A stretch of 64,000 nucleotides of DNA from a virus. The notes under the pieces are model-generated. The model was not told where the DNA came from. It saw only the letters and a list, made by a program, of their open reading frames with translations, and searched no databases. The position numbers and the translations under genes were made by a program. The stretch spans positions 32,001-96,000 of the IMG/VR virus record IMGVR_UViG_3300045988_126550; one strand, given 5' to 3'. Of the stretch, positions 1-9,184 are shown one piece after another. Within the stretch, counting starts at the first letter, position 1. Each line of letters starts with the position of its first letter.

Positions 1-42
1 CTGAACTTGCCGCCCTCAAAGAAAAAACCGAAAATTAAACAA

Positions 43-53
43 TACAAAATTAT
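43..53 (+). promoter_or_regulatory. leader-motif variant TACAAAATTAT
   Basis: 20 nt upstream of ATG 74. Confidence 0.4.
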
Positions 54-73
54 TACTGAAAGGAAATAAAACC

Positions 74-502
74 ATGAAAAAGATTCTTGCTATCGTTCTT
101 GCCCTGCTCGTTATCCTGTCCCTGACTGCTTGTACAAATCCGATGCTGACATCAGCCGAAGTTCACGAAACGGAAACCGAGCCGAGTGGCATCACGAAGG
201 ATGAATGCGTAAAGGAAATTGACACAGAGTTCAAATCAATCTTTGGCGATGACTTGCTTCTCACCATGTATGAGGACGGAATTTATTCTGTCGTATTCAC
301 AGCAGAGGGAATTGACGACATCTACAATTACTATCACGCAATTCCTACTGACATTTCTAATCCTGTAAAGGAAATGAGCAAAGCAACTTACGAAGCAGGT
401 CTTGACAATATGTTTGTGCTTGTAAGTGATGTTGACAATACAGAATTGCTCATCATCTACAACGGAATTGATGTAACGAAGGAGGTACTCAATGAAAACT
501 GA
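74..502 (+). CDS. putative secreted lipoprotein
   Basis: 142-aa ORF. N-terminal hydrophobic signal peptide ends in a lipobox-like LSLTAC. Confidence 0.7.
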   Translation: MKKILAIVLALLVILSLTACTNPMLTSAEVHETETEPSGITKDECVKEIDTEFKSIFGDDLLLTMYEDGIYSVVFTAEGIDDIYNYYHAIPTDISNPVKEMSKATYEAGLDNMFVLVSDVDNTELLIIYNGIDVTKEVLNEN

Positions 503-605
503 AATCAAATGTGAATATGGACACTATGTTGTCTATGCAGACGGAAAGTTCTATTGCAGTGCTGACACATACAGCGAAGCTGAAAGAGAAATTAAGGAGG
601 AATAA
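492..605 (+). CDS. small hypothetical protein (37 aa)
   Basis: ORF below the track length cut-off. AAGGAGG lies 6 nt upstream of the ATG. Fills the gap before the next gene. Confidence 0.35.
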   Translation: MKTEIKCEYGHYVVYADGKFYCSADTYSEAEREIKEE

Positions 606-608
606 ATT

Positions 609-2444
609 ATGTTTCATGTTGGCGACATGGTAAAAGCACTTGATGATGGAAGTCATTATACCATTACAACGAGAGGTTGGATTGGGTATGTGACGAGAGT
701 AATCAACGACGACACAATCTGTGTATCTAATAGCATGCCTGGTATTTTTAAGGAATGGAGAGTGTCGGCTCGTTATTTTGAGTTAGTTAAATCAACTTGT
801 ATTGAAGAAAAGGAGGAAAATAAAATGGATGTAAAGGAAATTATCACTGAGGACGAAAGAAAATCACTTCTTAAGGACATGGAGCATTTGCTCGATGAAT
901 ATGACTACGACTACACCGAGGAAGCGCTCGACAGGATCATTAACACATGGGCAGAAAACAAGGCAGACCTTATCACCGCTTTCAAGAAGCATCCGAACTA
1001 TCTCAAAGGCAAATTCATGATTGTATTCAGCCACAATTTTGCACGCGAGACAAGCACCAATGCGCTTAGAGACTTTGCCAAATGGCTTCTGGATTTGGAC
1101 AATGCACTTGCAGTAAGGGAATTCATGCCTGATGACATGAAAGACTATTGCACGTCTTATGGTAAAAAACTTCCTGGAGCTATCTTCAATTTCGTTATCA
1201 ATCTGTACCAATTCTCTGACCAGTACATTGACGAGGCAACCGCAGGTAAATTTAATGAAATGTTGCCTGACATTCACGCTCACAACGGACAGAAGATGAG
1301 CCGCGTTATGAACAAGCTGCTCACATACATTGGCTACAATAAGCTGCCCGACTACAATAGGGAATTTGCAAAGTATGCTGATGCAATCAATCCGCTTCAG
1401 ATTGTAAGGCATACCGTTCTTTCTGTGAACCCGCTTGATTATCTCACCATGTCGTTTGGTAATTCGTGGGCAAGCTGCCATACCATCGACAAGAAAAACA
1501 AGCGTGGTATGCCTAACAGTTATGAAGGAATGTATTCTTCTGGTACTGTAAGCTACATGTTGGATAAGCCTTCCATGGTATTCTATACTGTGGACGCAGC
1601 CTACGGAGGGAAAGATTTCTGGCATGAGCCTAAGATTAACCGTCAGATGTTCCATTGGGCAGAAGACAAACTCGTACAGGGCAGACTGTACCCGCAAGAC
1701 AATGACGGAAACGGTGGTGCATATACTCCTTACAGAGAAATTGTCCAAAAGATTATGTCCGAAATCTTTGAATTTCCGAATCTGTGGACTGTCTCAAAGG
1801 GAACTGATGCGGCAAGCAAATATGTGGTATCCGAAGGCACTCACTATAGAGACTATGAGAGCTACAGTAATTGCACACTTTCTCGTCTGAAGGGAAGCGA
1901 GAATGAAGAATACTTCACAGTTGGTCATGCACCGATTTGTATCAAGTGCGGCTATGAACATGACAAACAGGGAAATATTTCTTGCTGCGCTAGTAAAGTA
2001 ACTTGCGCAAATTGCGGTTGCCTCATTGAAAGTGATAGTGACGAAGTCGTTTGGATTAACGGAGAACCATATTGCAGCGATTGTGTAAGCTGGTGCGACT
2101 GCTGCGAAAGCTACGTTGTTAGCGGTGTAACAGAAGTAGATGGTGGCTATTTTGTGTGTGATGATTGTTTGGATAATTATTACAGACAGTGTTCCGATTG
2201 TAGAGAGTACCATAGGGAAAGCCGCATGACATATGTAGACTCCATTGAAGATTATGTTTGCCGCAATTGTCTTGAAGAGAATTATTCTTTCTGCGATGAC
2301 TGCAGAGAATTCTTCAGAAGCGAAGACTTGACAGAACATAATGGACGTTGGTTGTGTGATAGTTGTCTTGAAGAAGCGGAAGCACAGGAAGAAGACGATG
2401 AAGAAGAAAGCTCCGAGGCAAACGCCGAAGAACAGGCTATTTAA
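609..2444 (+). CDS. hypothetical protein with C-terminal multi-CxxC (zinc-ribbon-like) repeats and an acidic tail
   Basis: 611-aa ORF with an AAGGAGG RBS. The C-terminal ~170 aa are rich in CxxC pairs and end in a D/E-rich tail. No family recognised. Confidence 0.8.
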   Translation: MFHVGDMVKALDDGSHYTITTRGWIGYVTRVINDDTICVSNSMPGIFKEWRVSARYFELVKSTCIEEKEENKMDVKEIITEDERKSLLKDMEHLLDEYDYDYTEEALDRIINTWAENKADLITAFKKHPNYLKGKFMIVFSHNFARETSTNALRDFAKWLLDLDNALAVREFMPDDMKDYCTSYGKKLPGAIFNFVINLYQFSDQYIDEATAGKFNEMLPDIHAHNGQKMSRVMNKLLTYIGYNKLPDYNREFAKYADAINPLQIVRHTVLSVNPLDYLTMSFGNSWASCHTIDKKNKRGMPNSYEGMYSSGTVSYMLDKPSMVFYTVDAAYGGKDFWHEPKINRQMFHWAEDKLVQGRLYPQDNDGNGGAYTPYREIVQKIMSEIFEFPNLWTVSKGTDAASKYVVSEGTHYRDYESYSNCTLSRLKGSENEEYFTVGHAPICIKCGYEHDKQGNISCCASKVTCANCGCLIESDSDEVVWINGEPYCSDCVSWCDCCESYVVSGVTEVDGGYFVCDDCLDNYYRQCSDCREYHRESRMTYVDSIEDYVCRNCLEENYSFCDDCREFFRSEDLTEHNGRWLCDSCLEEAEAQEEDDEEESSEANAEEQAI

Positions 2445-2453
2445 GGGAGGTAA

Positions 2454-3371
2454 ATGAATATGAATAAAGAGTTTGAAAAAATTTGCCGCATGTCTCAGAA
2501 ATCACTGAAGAATCATGTGAAACAGAAACTGGTAAAAACACACGGTGAAATTGTCAGCGGGGATGGTTTTGTGTTTGCACAAGGTAAATTCCCCGTGCTC
2601 TTGATGGCACATCTTGACACAGTGCACAAAATCTTGCCGACCATGGTTGAATATGATACAGAACAGAACATTATTTCTTCTCCTAATGGAATTGGAGGAG
2701 ATGATCGATGCGGTGTATACATGATTTTTAAGATTCTCAAAAAATATAATTGCTCAGTTCTTTTCTGTGAGGATGAGGAGATTGGATGTGTTGGCGCAGG
2801 GAAATTCATTAAAACAGAACTTGCAAAGGAACTCGATTTTAATTACATCATTGAGTTCGACCGTGCCAATGCAAACGACGCAGTATTTTATCAGTGTGCA
2901 AATGATGAGTTCGAAAAATTCATCACAAAGGAATTCTATGAAACAGCATTTGGTTCGTTCTCTGATATTTGCGAGGTTGCGCCATTCATTGGGTGTGCGG
3001 CAGTGAATCTCAGCTGTGGATATTACAGAGCACATACCACAAGCGAATATGTGGTGCTTTCTGAAATGGAAAAGAGTATTCAGGAAGCATGCAAGATTCT
3101 TGAAAGGACAACGGAAAACGACAAATTCAATTATGTGGAAAGCTATCGCAGTGCCGCAGCAGATTGGATTGATGAGATGTATGATGACTATTATGGCAGC
3201 AAGTATTATGTTGTCGAATATGTAGACAAAAATAATATTATGTGCTGGTATGATACGATCGCACATTCCAAGGCAGAGGCAGTCGGCAAATTCGTTATGG
3301 AATGCCCCGACATTCCTTTTGAAAATGTAATTGACGTCATGGTTGACAGCAACGTGTACAACTATATCTAA
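2454..3371 (+). CDS. clan MH (M20/M28/M42-like) zinc peptidase-like protein
   Basis: Motifs AHLDTVH, GGDDRCG, EDEEIGCVGA and a distal RAHTTSE resemble the metal ligands of the family. GGGAGG RBS. Confidence 0.6.
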   Translation: MNMNKEFEKICRMSQKSLKNHVKQKLVKTHGEIVSGDGFVFAQGKFPVLLMAHLDTVHKILPTMVEYDTEQNIISSPNGIGGDDRCGVYMIFKILKKYNCSVLFCEDEEIGCVGAGKFIKTELAKELDFNYIIEFDRANANDAVFYQCANDEFEKFITKEFYETAFGSFSDICEVAPFIGCAAVNLSCGYYRAHTTSEYVVLSEMEKSIQEACKILERTTENDKFNYVESYRSAAADWIDEMYDDYYGSKYYVVEYVDKNNIMCWYDTIAHSKAEAVGKFVMECPDIPFENVIDVMVDSNVYNYI

Positions 3372-3417
3372 TAACAAAACAAAATTATTGCCAACTGGCA
3401 GAAAGGAAATTGACATC

Positions 3418-3798
3418 ATGAAAAACATCACCATCATCAAAGCTAAGTATATTGTGGAGAGCGACCGTCGTAAGGGTAAGGCAGTCTTTGATTTGGACAC
3501 TGGGGAAGCGTTTACGAGCGCAAAGGAATGTTCTGATATCAGAGGATTCTGCTATGTATACTTCACGCAGATTCTCAACAAGGGAAAGGTTGCGAAAGAT
3601 GGACACTTGTATTGCTATGTAGAGGATATGGCTTATTACGCGAATGCGATTCAGTCGCGGCTTTGTGCAAGGCTGCAAAAAGAATATGATACTGCGGTTC
3701 TACAGGTGGCGAATTATCAACAGAAAGCAAAAGAATTTTCTCGAAAGCAAGCAATTGCAGAAGCCAAGGTTGAGAAATTGAAAATGATGCTTAAGTAA
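3418..3798 (+). CDS. hypothetical protein (coiled-coil C-terminus)
   Basis: Internal ATG of track ORF 3331..3798, chosen because GAAAGGAAA precedes it and it does not overlap the upstream gene. Confidence 0.65.
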   Translation: MKNITIIKAKYIVESDRRKGKAVFDLDTGEAFTSAKECSDIRGFCYVYFTQILNKGKVAKDGHLYCYVEDMAYYANAIQSRLCARLQKEYDTAVLQVANYQQKAKEFSRKQAIAEAKVEKLKMMLK

Positions 3799-3812
3799 GG
3801 AGGTAGAGTAAT

Positions 3813-3947
3813 ATGTTTGTTTGGAGAAGTTGGATCAAAACAACCGTAACGCAAGGGATTCTTGTAACAACTACAACTCACAAAGTGTACAAAATGCTTT
3901 TGCTGTTTGGGTTTATCCCGTTGTTTATTAGTATTGATGGTAAATGA
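3813..3947 (+). CDS. small hypothetical membrane protein (44 aa)
   Basis: AAGGAGG RBS. Hydrophobic C-terminal half. Confidence 0.4.
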   Translation: MFVWRSWIKTTVTQGILVTTTTHKVYKMLLLFGFIPLFISIDGK

Positions 3948-3968
3948 TTCAAATGGAGGTAAGGTAAA

Positions 3969-4133
3969 ATGAAAAACATCAAGTCATTCTACATTGGTCA
4001 GGCAAATGCTTCTGGCATTATTTGTGAAAGCAAAGAAGAATTTCTCCAGTCTCTCAGTGAGGAAATTGACCGTATTGATGAAGAAGGAGAATTTGAGCAC
4101 TTCGACATTATGATTGAACCGAACAATAATTAA
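3969..4133 (+). CDS. small hypothetical protein (54 aa)
   Basis: GGAGGTAAGG RBS upstream of the ATG. Acidic product. Confidence 0.45.
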   Translation: MKNIKSFYIGQANASGIICESKEEFLQSLSEEIDRIDEEGEFEHFDIMIEPNNN

Positions 4134-4221
4134 AAGGTAAAGCAAGTTGACACAGCAGTATAATAAGGGTAAAATAATTACGAATAATGTATAGGTCTTG
4201 TTAATAAAGGGAGGTAAACAA

Positions 4222-4368
4222 ATGGTTGTTATTTTACTTATTATCATTGCTTGTGTACTACTATTCGGAAAGGACGAAACAAAAGACGGGATTATTGCTC
4301 TCATTGGAACCATCGTAGTCTTTGCAATTATTGCAATGATTGCAAATGCATGTGGATTTTTAGACTAA
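4222..4368 (+). CDS. small hypothetical membrane protein (48 aa)
   Basis: GGGAGG RBS. Two hydrophobic segments. Confidence 0.45.
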   Translation: MVVILLIIIACVLLFGKDETKDGIIALIGTIVVFAIIAMIANACGFLD

Positions 4369-4390
4369 ACAAAATAGTTTGTCCTATAAT
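4361..4390 (+). promoter_or_regulatory. possible sigma-A-type promoter (weaker -35)
   Basis: TAGACT-N18-TATAAT. Confidence 0.35.
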
Positions 4391-4419
4391 GGGGCAAACT
4401 AATACAAAACGAAATACAG

Positions 4420-4430
4420 TACAAAATTAA
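4420..4430 (+). promoter_or_regulatory. leader motif TACAAAATTAA (exact)
   Basis: 13 nt upstream of ATG 4444. Confidence 0.55.
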
Positions 4431-4443
4431 AGGAGGAACCATT

Positions 4444-4866
4444 ATGAACATATCAAGAGAAATCAAAAAGGCAGAGGCAATTAACCGCATGAAAGAGCTT
4501 GGGCTGTTTGCTCCGTGTATCAAGGCATTCAAGAGAGGCGAGGTGCAGCTTTCTGAACCGACTGGAGGTTTGTATGAGTTCAGCAGCGATAAGGAACTTA
4601 CTGCAAAGGTGCAGGAGTTTGAAAAGGAAAACAATGCACTTGTGTATCATGTAATTCATACTCCTGCAATGATTGACGGCGAAGCAATGGATATGTACAA
4701 TTTCTTGTATGTATCGGATTATCAGGAGGAGTGGGAAATGGACAATGCCGACATCAAGGAAGGTTATGCCCTTGTTTATGTATGGAACAAAACCATTGAC
4801 TACTTCAGTGAGTTTGGCAGCATTGCAGTCAAAGAAAGGTTCGGTGGACTTGTGCGAATCGGCTAA
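4444..4866 (+). CDS. hypothetical protein
   Basis: 140-aa ORF with an AAAGGAGG RBS directly after a leader-motif copy. Confidence 0.75.
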   Translation: MNISREIKKAEAINRMKELGLFAPCIKAFKRGEVQLSEPTGGLYEFSSDKELTAKVQEFEKENNALVYHVIHTPAMIDGEAMDMYNFLYVSDYQEEWEMDNADIKEGYALVYVWNKTIDYFSEFGSIAVKERFGGLVRIG

Positions 4867-4940
4867 GAAAATTTGTAGAATATGACATATTGAATTTTGA
4901 GAAAGAGGTGATATAATAAAGGCAAAAGGGGCTGATACAA

Positions 4941-5072
4941 ATGGAAAACAAGGAACTACAAGAAGTGGTTGATGTAATACTTCAGGCACTGCTTGAAATG
5001 GAAGAAAGGTTCAACAAAAAGTTCGATGAAATAGACAAGTGGTTCGACAAGTTTGAAGAAAAGTCAAAGTAA
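4941..5072 (+). CDS. small hypothetical protein (43 aa)
   Basis: Short charged helical ORF. Followed immediately by a terminator hairpin. Confidence 0.4.
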   Translation: MENKELQEVVDVILQALLEMEERFNKKFDEIDKWFDKFEEKSK

Positions 5073-5073
5073 G

Positions 5074-5097
5074 CGAGGGGCATTTGCCCCTTGTTTT
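5074..5097 (+). terminator. rho-independent terminator
   Basis: AGGGGC-attt-GCCCCT followed by TGTTTT. Confidence 0.7.
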
Positions 5098-5103
5098 ACG
5101 CAA

Positions 5104-5114
5104 TACAAAATTAA
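5104..5114 (+). promoter_or_regulatory. leader motif TACAAAATTAA (exact)
   Basis: 12 nt upstream of ATG 5127, directly after a terminator with no sigma-A promoter between them. Confidence 0.55.
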
Positions 5115-5126
5115 CGGAGGCATCTT

Positions 5127-6332
5127 ATGAAACTTTTGCTTAGACAGTTTGGTGACGAATGCTACGTATGGAAAAATGCGGAAATGAATGATGAAAAAAC
5201 ATTTATTGTGGATGGGAGAACTGTAAATCAGGGAAACGTCGTGTCTATTTATAGAGACAATAGAAATAAATTCGTCAAATGTTCGCATTGTGGCACTATT
5301 CTCAAGAATACGGACACAGAGATCAAAGAGCATAGGCTCATGAGCACAACTTCTACAACATGTTTTGGATGCCCAAACTTAAGAACATGTGAAGAAATTA
5401 CAAAGTCGATTAAATATGTGTTACAAGATGATGGTAAGTATATTGCAACGGTCAAAAAGGAAATGCAACTCAAGTGCCGTCAGGGTTGGGGTAGATTGTA
5501 CGACATCAATTCCGAAGATGCAAGAACTGGTTGTAAATATAGAGGATGTATTGATGCAACGATGAAAAGCATTCAGGATATTTTCACAGAGTGCCCCGGT
5601 ATTTTTGATGACATTATTACCATTGACTGTATTCTGGATACAAATTTCGAAGACAGAACTTCACATAGAAACGGCACGACATATAAGCTCAAGGGAAGAG
5701 ACAACATTGTGGCGGTTGGAACAGAATTAAAAAGAGGGCATACAACTTCATGTGGATGTTTGCGCAATGAAAAAATATCAAAAGCAAACAAAAAAGAAAA
5801 TGTGTTTGATTTAGATAGTGCGGAATATGCTATCGGATATACAGCGAAGGGAGAGGAATTTTGGTTTGATAAAGAAGATTATGATTTAGTAAAAAAATAT
5901 TGTTGGCATTATTATCAAGGATATGTAATAACAAACGGAGAAGACCATCATAAAATTTATTTGCATAGATTAGTTATGGGTGTAACGGATTGTAATGTAT
6001 GTGTTGATCATATTATTCACCCACCATATCCACAGCATAAAATAGACAACAGAAAGTCAAATTTAAGAATAACCACAAATCAACAAAATACAATGAATCG
6101 GTCTTTGAACAGAAATAATTCAAGTGGAGTAACTGGTGTTACATGGGACAAAAAGAACAACAATTGGAGAGCGTACATTAGATTTAATTGGAAGCTAATC
6201 CATCTTGGCAGTTTCATCAACAAAGAAGATGCTATAGCTGCTCGAAAAGCAGCAGAAGAAAAATATTTTGGCGAATACGCATACAAAGAAGAATTGAAAG
6301 GAGATAACAATGAGAGATTCAAAGAGAATTGA
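5127..6332 (+). CDS. HNH + AP2-domain homing endonuclease-like protein with an extra N-terminal Cys-rich region
   Basis: The C-terminal half carries SCGCL, YLHRLVMG, VDHI..NRKSNLR (HNH_3-like) and SGVTGVTWDKKNNNWRAYI...LGSF (AP2-like). It is a paralog of 30686..31438. Confidence 0.8.
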   Translation: MKLLLRQFGDECYVWKNAEMNDEKTFIVDGRTVNQGNVVSIYRDNRNKFVKCSHCGTILKNTDTEIKEHRLMSTTSTTCFGCPNLRTCEEITKSIKYVLQDDGKYIATVKKEMQLKCRQGWGRLYDINSEDARTGCKYRGCIDATMKSIQDIFTECPGIFDDIITIDCILDTNFEDRTSHRNGTTYKLKGRDNIVAVGTELKRGHTTSCGCLRNEKISKANKKENVFDLDSAEYAIGYTAKGEEFWFDKEDYDLVKKYCWHYYQGYVITNGEDHHKIYLHRLVMGVTDCNVCVDHIIHPPYPQHKIDNRKSNLRITTNQQNTMNRSLNRNNSSGVTGVTWDKKNNNWRAYIRFNWKLIHLGSFINKEDAIAARKAAEEKYFGEYAYKEELKGDNNERFKEN

Positions 6333-6492
6333 CAAGTTCTGTGAGATGCTTAAGAAATACTGGCACATGGTTCCTGACTTGAGATTTATGCAGTTAGTGT
6401 GTAATCTTCAGGCACAGATTGAAAGTGATGGATTTTATCTGGAAGACGATAAGGCAATGGAACTGATTGGGCAGATGTTAAAAGGAGAATAA
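6310..6492 (+). CDS. hypothetical protein
   Basis: 60-aa ORF with a GGAGA RBS. Overlaps the end of the upstream gene. Confidence 0.6.
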   Translation: MRDSKRIDKFCEMLKKYWHMVPDLRFMQLVCNLQAQIESDGFYLEDDKAMELIGQMLKGE

Positions 6493-6493
6493 A

Positions 6494-6826
6494 ATGCTGA
6501 TTAATTATAACAATAATGAAACTAATCATGTAAAGTTTGTTTCTTATACTGGGAAATATCCAAATCTTTGCACTGGAGATTTAACACTTGAAATTGATGG
6601 AGAGATTGCAACGTTTGGCTATGGTTTTGAGTCTAAAGAGAAACCGAAATACCATCGGTTTTGGAGTAGCGGCGGTGGTCTAAATCCCAATTATGAGGGA
6701 GCGTGGCAAGGTGAATGGCAAATTGATATTAATATGATTCCTGAACAGTTCCGTAAATATGCAACAGAAATTAATGAAGTGTTCAATGATAACGTTGAGT
6801 GGGGATGTTGTGGAGGATGTATTTAA
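6494..6826 (+). CDS. hypothetical protein
   Basis: 110-aa ORF with an AAAGGAGA RBS. Confidence 0.7.
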   Translation: MLINYNNNETNHVKFVSYTGKYPNLCTGDLTLEIDGEIATFGYGFESKEKPKYHRFWSSGGGLNPNYEGAWQGEWQIDINMIPEQFRKYATEINEVFNDNVEWGCCGGCI

Positions 6827-6831
6827 GACGA

Positions 6832-6842
6832 TACAAAATTAA
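6832..6842 (+). promoter_or_regulatory. leader motif TACAAAATTAA (exact)
   Basis: 13 nt upstream of ATG 6856. Confidence 0.55.
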
Positions 6843-6855
6843 GGGAGGATTTGAA

Positions 6856-7212
6856 ATGAAACAAAGCGAGTATATGTCTATTATCAACAAACTTTTTAAT
6901 AAACACATTGGGGTAAACAAACACATTCTTGATAGTTATTGCTATAACGATCACAGAGCATGTGATTTAATTGTTGGCTTCAAAAAAGACGTTGAGAAAC
7001 TTGGGTTAAAGTTCTCGAATTGTCATCATGCAAACGGAATTGGAAATAACAATGATTATACAATTTATCTCGAAACACACGATGACGATGGTTTTGTAAT
7101 CAAGAAGGAAATTGCAAATTTCTATTATTGCTACGGAATTTATGGTGGATGTTATGTGCTTATAAAAGATTTAACAACAGGAAATACAATTAAAGTAAGT
7201 CGTGCAAGATAA
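6856..7212 (+). CDS. hypothetical protein
   Basis: Internal ATG of track ORF 6799..7212, preceded by GGGAGG and a leader-motif copy. Confidence 0.7.
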   Translation: MKQSEYMSIINKLFNKHIGVNKHILDSYCYNDHRACDLIVGFKKDVEKLGLKFSNCHHANGIGNNNDYTIYLETHDDDGFVIKKEIANFYYCYGIYGGCYVLIKDLTTGNTIKVSRAR

Positions 7213-7228
7213 AAAGAGGAAAAATTAA

Positions 7229-7573
7229 ATGACTCGTAAAAAGTATTACAAACTCGTTAATGAATTTTTTCGCATTAAAAATTGGGAGGAAACTTTGGAC
7301 AAGTATCCAAAAATGTTTAATGTAATTTGCATTTATTGCTTTAAGCTTCCAAAGAGAGTTCGCAAAGACCTGTTCACAAATCTTGTACAGGGAAATTGGA
7401 TTCATCTTTGGGAGACGGATGAAGAAAAAGAAATGAACATTGTAGAATTGTGTAATGACCTTAGAACAGAAGTATTTTATTGCAGCGACAGAATGTCTTG
7501 GGACAGACTTTGCCGGATTCATTGGTATTGGCAGAGAATCCAAGATAGATTGCGAATGCAGAACAAGGCGTAG
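7229..7573 (+). CDS. hypothetical protein
   Basis: 114-aa ORF. Ends in TAG and is followed by a terminator. Confidence 0.7.
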   Translation: MTRKKYYKLVNEFFRIKNWEETLDKYPKMFNVICIYCFKLPKRVRKDLFTNLVQGNWIHLWETDEEKEMNIVELCNDLRTEVFYCSDRMSWDRLCRIHWYWQRIQDRLRMQNKA

Positions 7574-7591
7574 AGAAATCTACGCCTTTTT
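7567..7591 (+). terminator. rho-independent terminator
   Basis: GGCGTAGA-gaaa-TCTACGCC followed by TTTTT. Confidence 0.8.
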
Positions 7592-7592
7592 A

Positions 7593-7621
7593 TTGACAAT
7601 AATACAAAATTAATGTATAAT
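7593..7621 (+). promoter_or_regulatory. sigma-A-type promoter
   Basis: TTGACA-N17-TATAAT. A leader motif lies inside the spacer. Confidence 0.6.
7603..7613 (+). promoter_or_regulatory. leader motif TACAAAATTAA (exact)
   Basis: 20 nt upstream of ATG 7634, inside a promoter spacer. Confidence 0.55.
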
Positions 7622-7633
7622 GGAGGTACAATT

Positions 7634-8329
7634 ATGAAAAAGACAAACGAAAATAAAGTATGGATGGACAGAGAAGACTATATTAATTATCTTTCAGTAA
7701 AGACAAATGAGGTACATATAAGCGACCACAACAGTAAGACAGGCCCTTTGTGCAATGACTTAGCATTTCCCGTTTGTACTTGTCGCGAAGATGCCCCATG
7801 TAGAAACGGCGGCTGCTATTGTATGAAAGGCAGACAGCAAATAGCAGTTGTACAGGCCGCATATACAAGAAACTTGAGACTATACAATACAGATCCGGTA
7901 GACTTTTGGGAGCAAGTAAAATTTAAGATTAAGCACCGTCCGTATCCGTTGTTTAGGTGGACAGATTGCGGTGATATTCCTGATGCGGACTTCTTTGTTG
8001 GGATGGTTGACTTGGCAAAGACGTTTACCGATATTAAGTTCCTTGCATATACAAAGAAATATTGGATTGTAAATGAATGGATTGATAAGAACGGAGACTT
8101 GCCAGATAACCTTACAATCAGATTTTCTGCATGGCATATTGGTTGGAAGGTAGAAAATCCTCATAATTTACCGGTTGCTTATGTGGATTTCAAGGATAAA
8201 ACTTTGAATCCTGAGTTTCCAAATGGGACAACTGGTTGTCCTAATCAAAAGGATAAAACAATCACTTGTAGTATTTGTAGAAAGTGTTTCAATAAGAAAA
8301 TTCAATCTGTTAAGTTTGACCAACATTAA
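7634..8329 (+). CDS. Cys-rich hypothetical protein
   Basis: ATG 8 nt after GGAGGT. Cys clusters CTCREDAPCRNGGCYC and CPNQ..CSIC..C. Family not securely recognised. Confidence 0.7.
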   Translation: MKKTNENKVWMDREDYINYLSVKTNEVHISDHNSKTGPLCNDLAFPVCTCREDAPCRNGGCYCMKGRQQIAVVQAAYTRNLRLYNTDPVDFWEQVKFKIKHRPYPLFRWTDCGDIPDADFFVGMVDLAKTFTDIKFLAYTKKYWIVNEWIDKNGDLPDNLTIRFSAWHIGWKVENPHNLPVAYVDFKDKTLNPEFPNGTTGCPNQKDKTITCSICRKCFNKKIQSVKFDQH

Positions 8330-8332
8330 CAA

Positions 8333-8343
8333 TACAAAATTAA
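8333..8343 (+). promoter_or_regulatory. leader motif TACAAAATTAA (exact)
   Basis: 18 nt upstream of ATG 8362. Confidence 0.55.
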
Positions 8344-8361
8344 TATAAGGATGTGATATTT

Positions 8362-8535
8362 ATGATTATTTGCAAACAATGTTTTAAAGGAGATGAACCA
8401 TGCAAGGAGGCAGAATTTGATTACTGGCAATGGTTTGATTCAACAGAAGATTTTTATGACCCACATGGACACTGTTGTGATATATGTGGAAAAGAGTTTG
8501 AAGACGGAGAAACAGTAATTTTAGTTGACGAATAA
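8362..8535 (+). CDS. small Cys-rich hypothetical protein
   Basis: CxxC pairs (CKQC, CDIC). The start could also be GTG at 8353. Confidence 0.55.
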   Translation: MIICKQCFKGDEPCKEAEFDYWQWFDSTEDFYDPHGHCCDICGKEFEDGETVILVDE

Positions 8536-8557
8536 CAGAAAGGAAATGACATAATTT

Positions 8558-9172
8558 ATGGCAGCTAAGGATTGGACAGGAAATAGCAAGGCAATTTATT
8601 CTTGCCATGGTGCGAGCAACCATAGTGAAACTGAACGAGAAGTAAATGATTATTATGCTACCCCTCCAAGTGCAGTAGAAATGCTACTTGAACTTGAGGA
8701 GTTTAGTAAGGTAATTATGGAGCCCGCTTGCGGACAAGGCCATATTGCGGAAGTTCTTAAAAGTCATGGGCATACAGTATGTGCAACAGACCTTATTGAC
8801 AGAGGATATGGTATTGGAAATGTAGATTTTTTTAGTATTAATGATCCGAGAAATATGGACATAATCACAAACCCACCTTATAGTCTTGCAAAAGAATTTG
8901 TCGAACACGCAATGGATATTGTGACAGACGGACATAAAGTCGCTATGTTCCTTAAGCTAACGTTCCTTGAGGGGCAAGGCAGAAAAGAATTGTTTAAGAA
9001 ATATCCGCCGAAGATTGTTTACGTTTCTATTTCTCGTATTGGGTGCGCCAAGAATGGAGAGTTTAAAAAGGATAAGAATGGAAATCTAAAAGCGGATTCG
9101 GCGGTAGCGTATTGTTGGTATGTCTGGCAAAAGGGGTTTAGTGGAAGTCCGACTATTAAATGGTTTAATTAA
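8558..9172 (+). CDS. N6-adenine DNA methyltransferase
   Basis: SAM-binding EPACGQGHI and catalytic NPPY (IITNPPYS). No adjacent restriction gene, so it looks like an orphan methyltransferase. Confidence 0.85.
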   Translation: MAAKDWTGNSKAIYSCHGASNHSETEREVNDYYATPPSAVEMLLELEEFSKVIMEPACGQGHIAEVLKSHGHTVCATDLIDRGYGIGNVDFFSINDPRNMDIITNPPYSLAKEFVEHAMDIVTDGHKVAMFLKLTFLEGQGRKELFKKYPPKIVYVSISRIGCAKNGEFKKDKNGNLKADSAVAYCWYVWQKGFSGSPTIKWFN

Positions 9173-9184
9173 GGAGGAAGATGA

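Noticed and set aside
1-38. A possible 3' end of an upstream gene, in frame 3: ...ELAALKEKTEN-stop at 36-38.
   Set aside because: Only 12 codons are visible, which is too little to support a feature.
7571-7634. Read-through of the TAG stop of 7229..7573. It is in frame with the next ORF (7613..8329) and no stop lies between them.
   Set aside because: The interval holds a strong rho-independent terminator (7567-7591), a consensus promoter (7593-7621) and a good RBS with ATG at 7634. The shared frame is best explained as coincidence.
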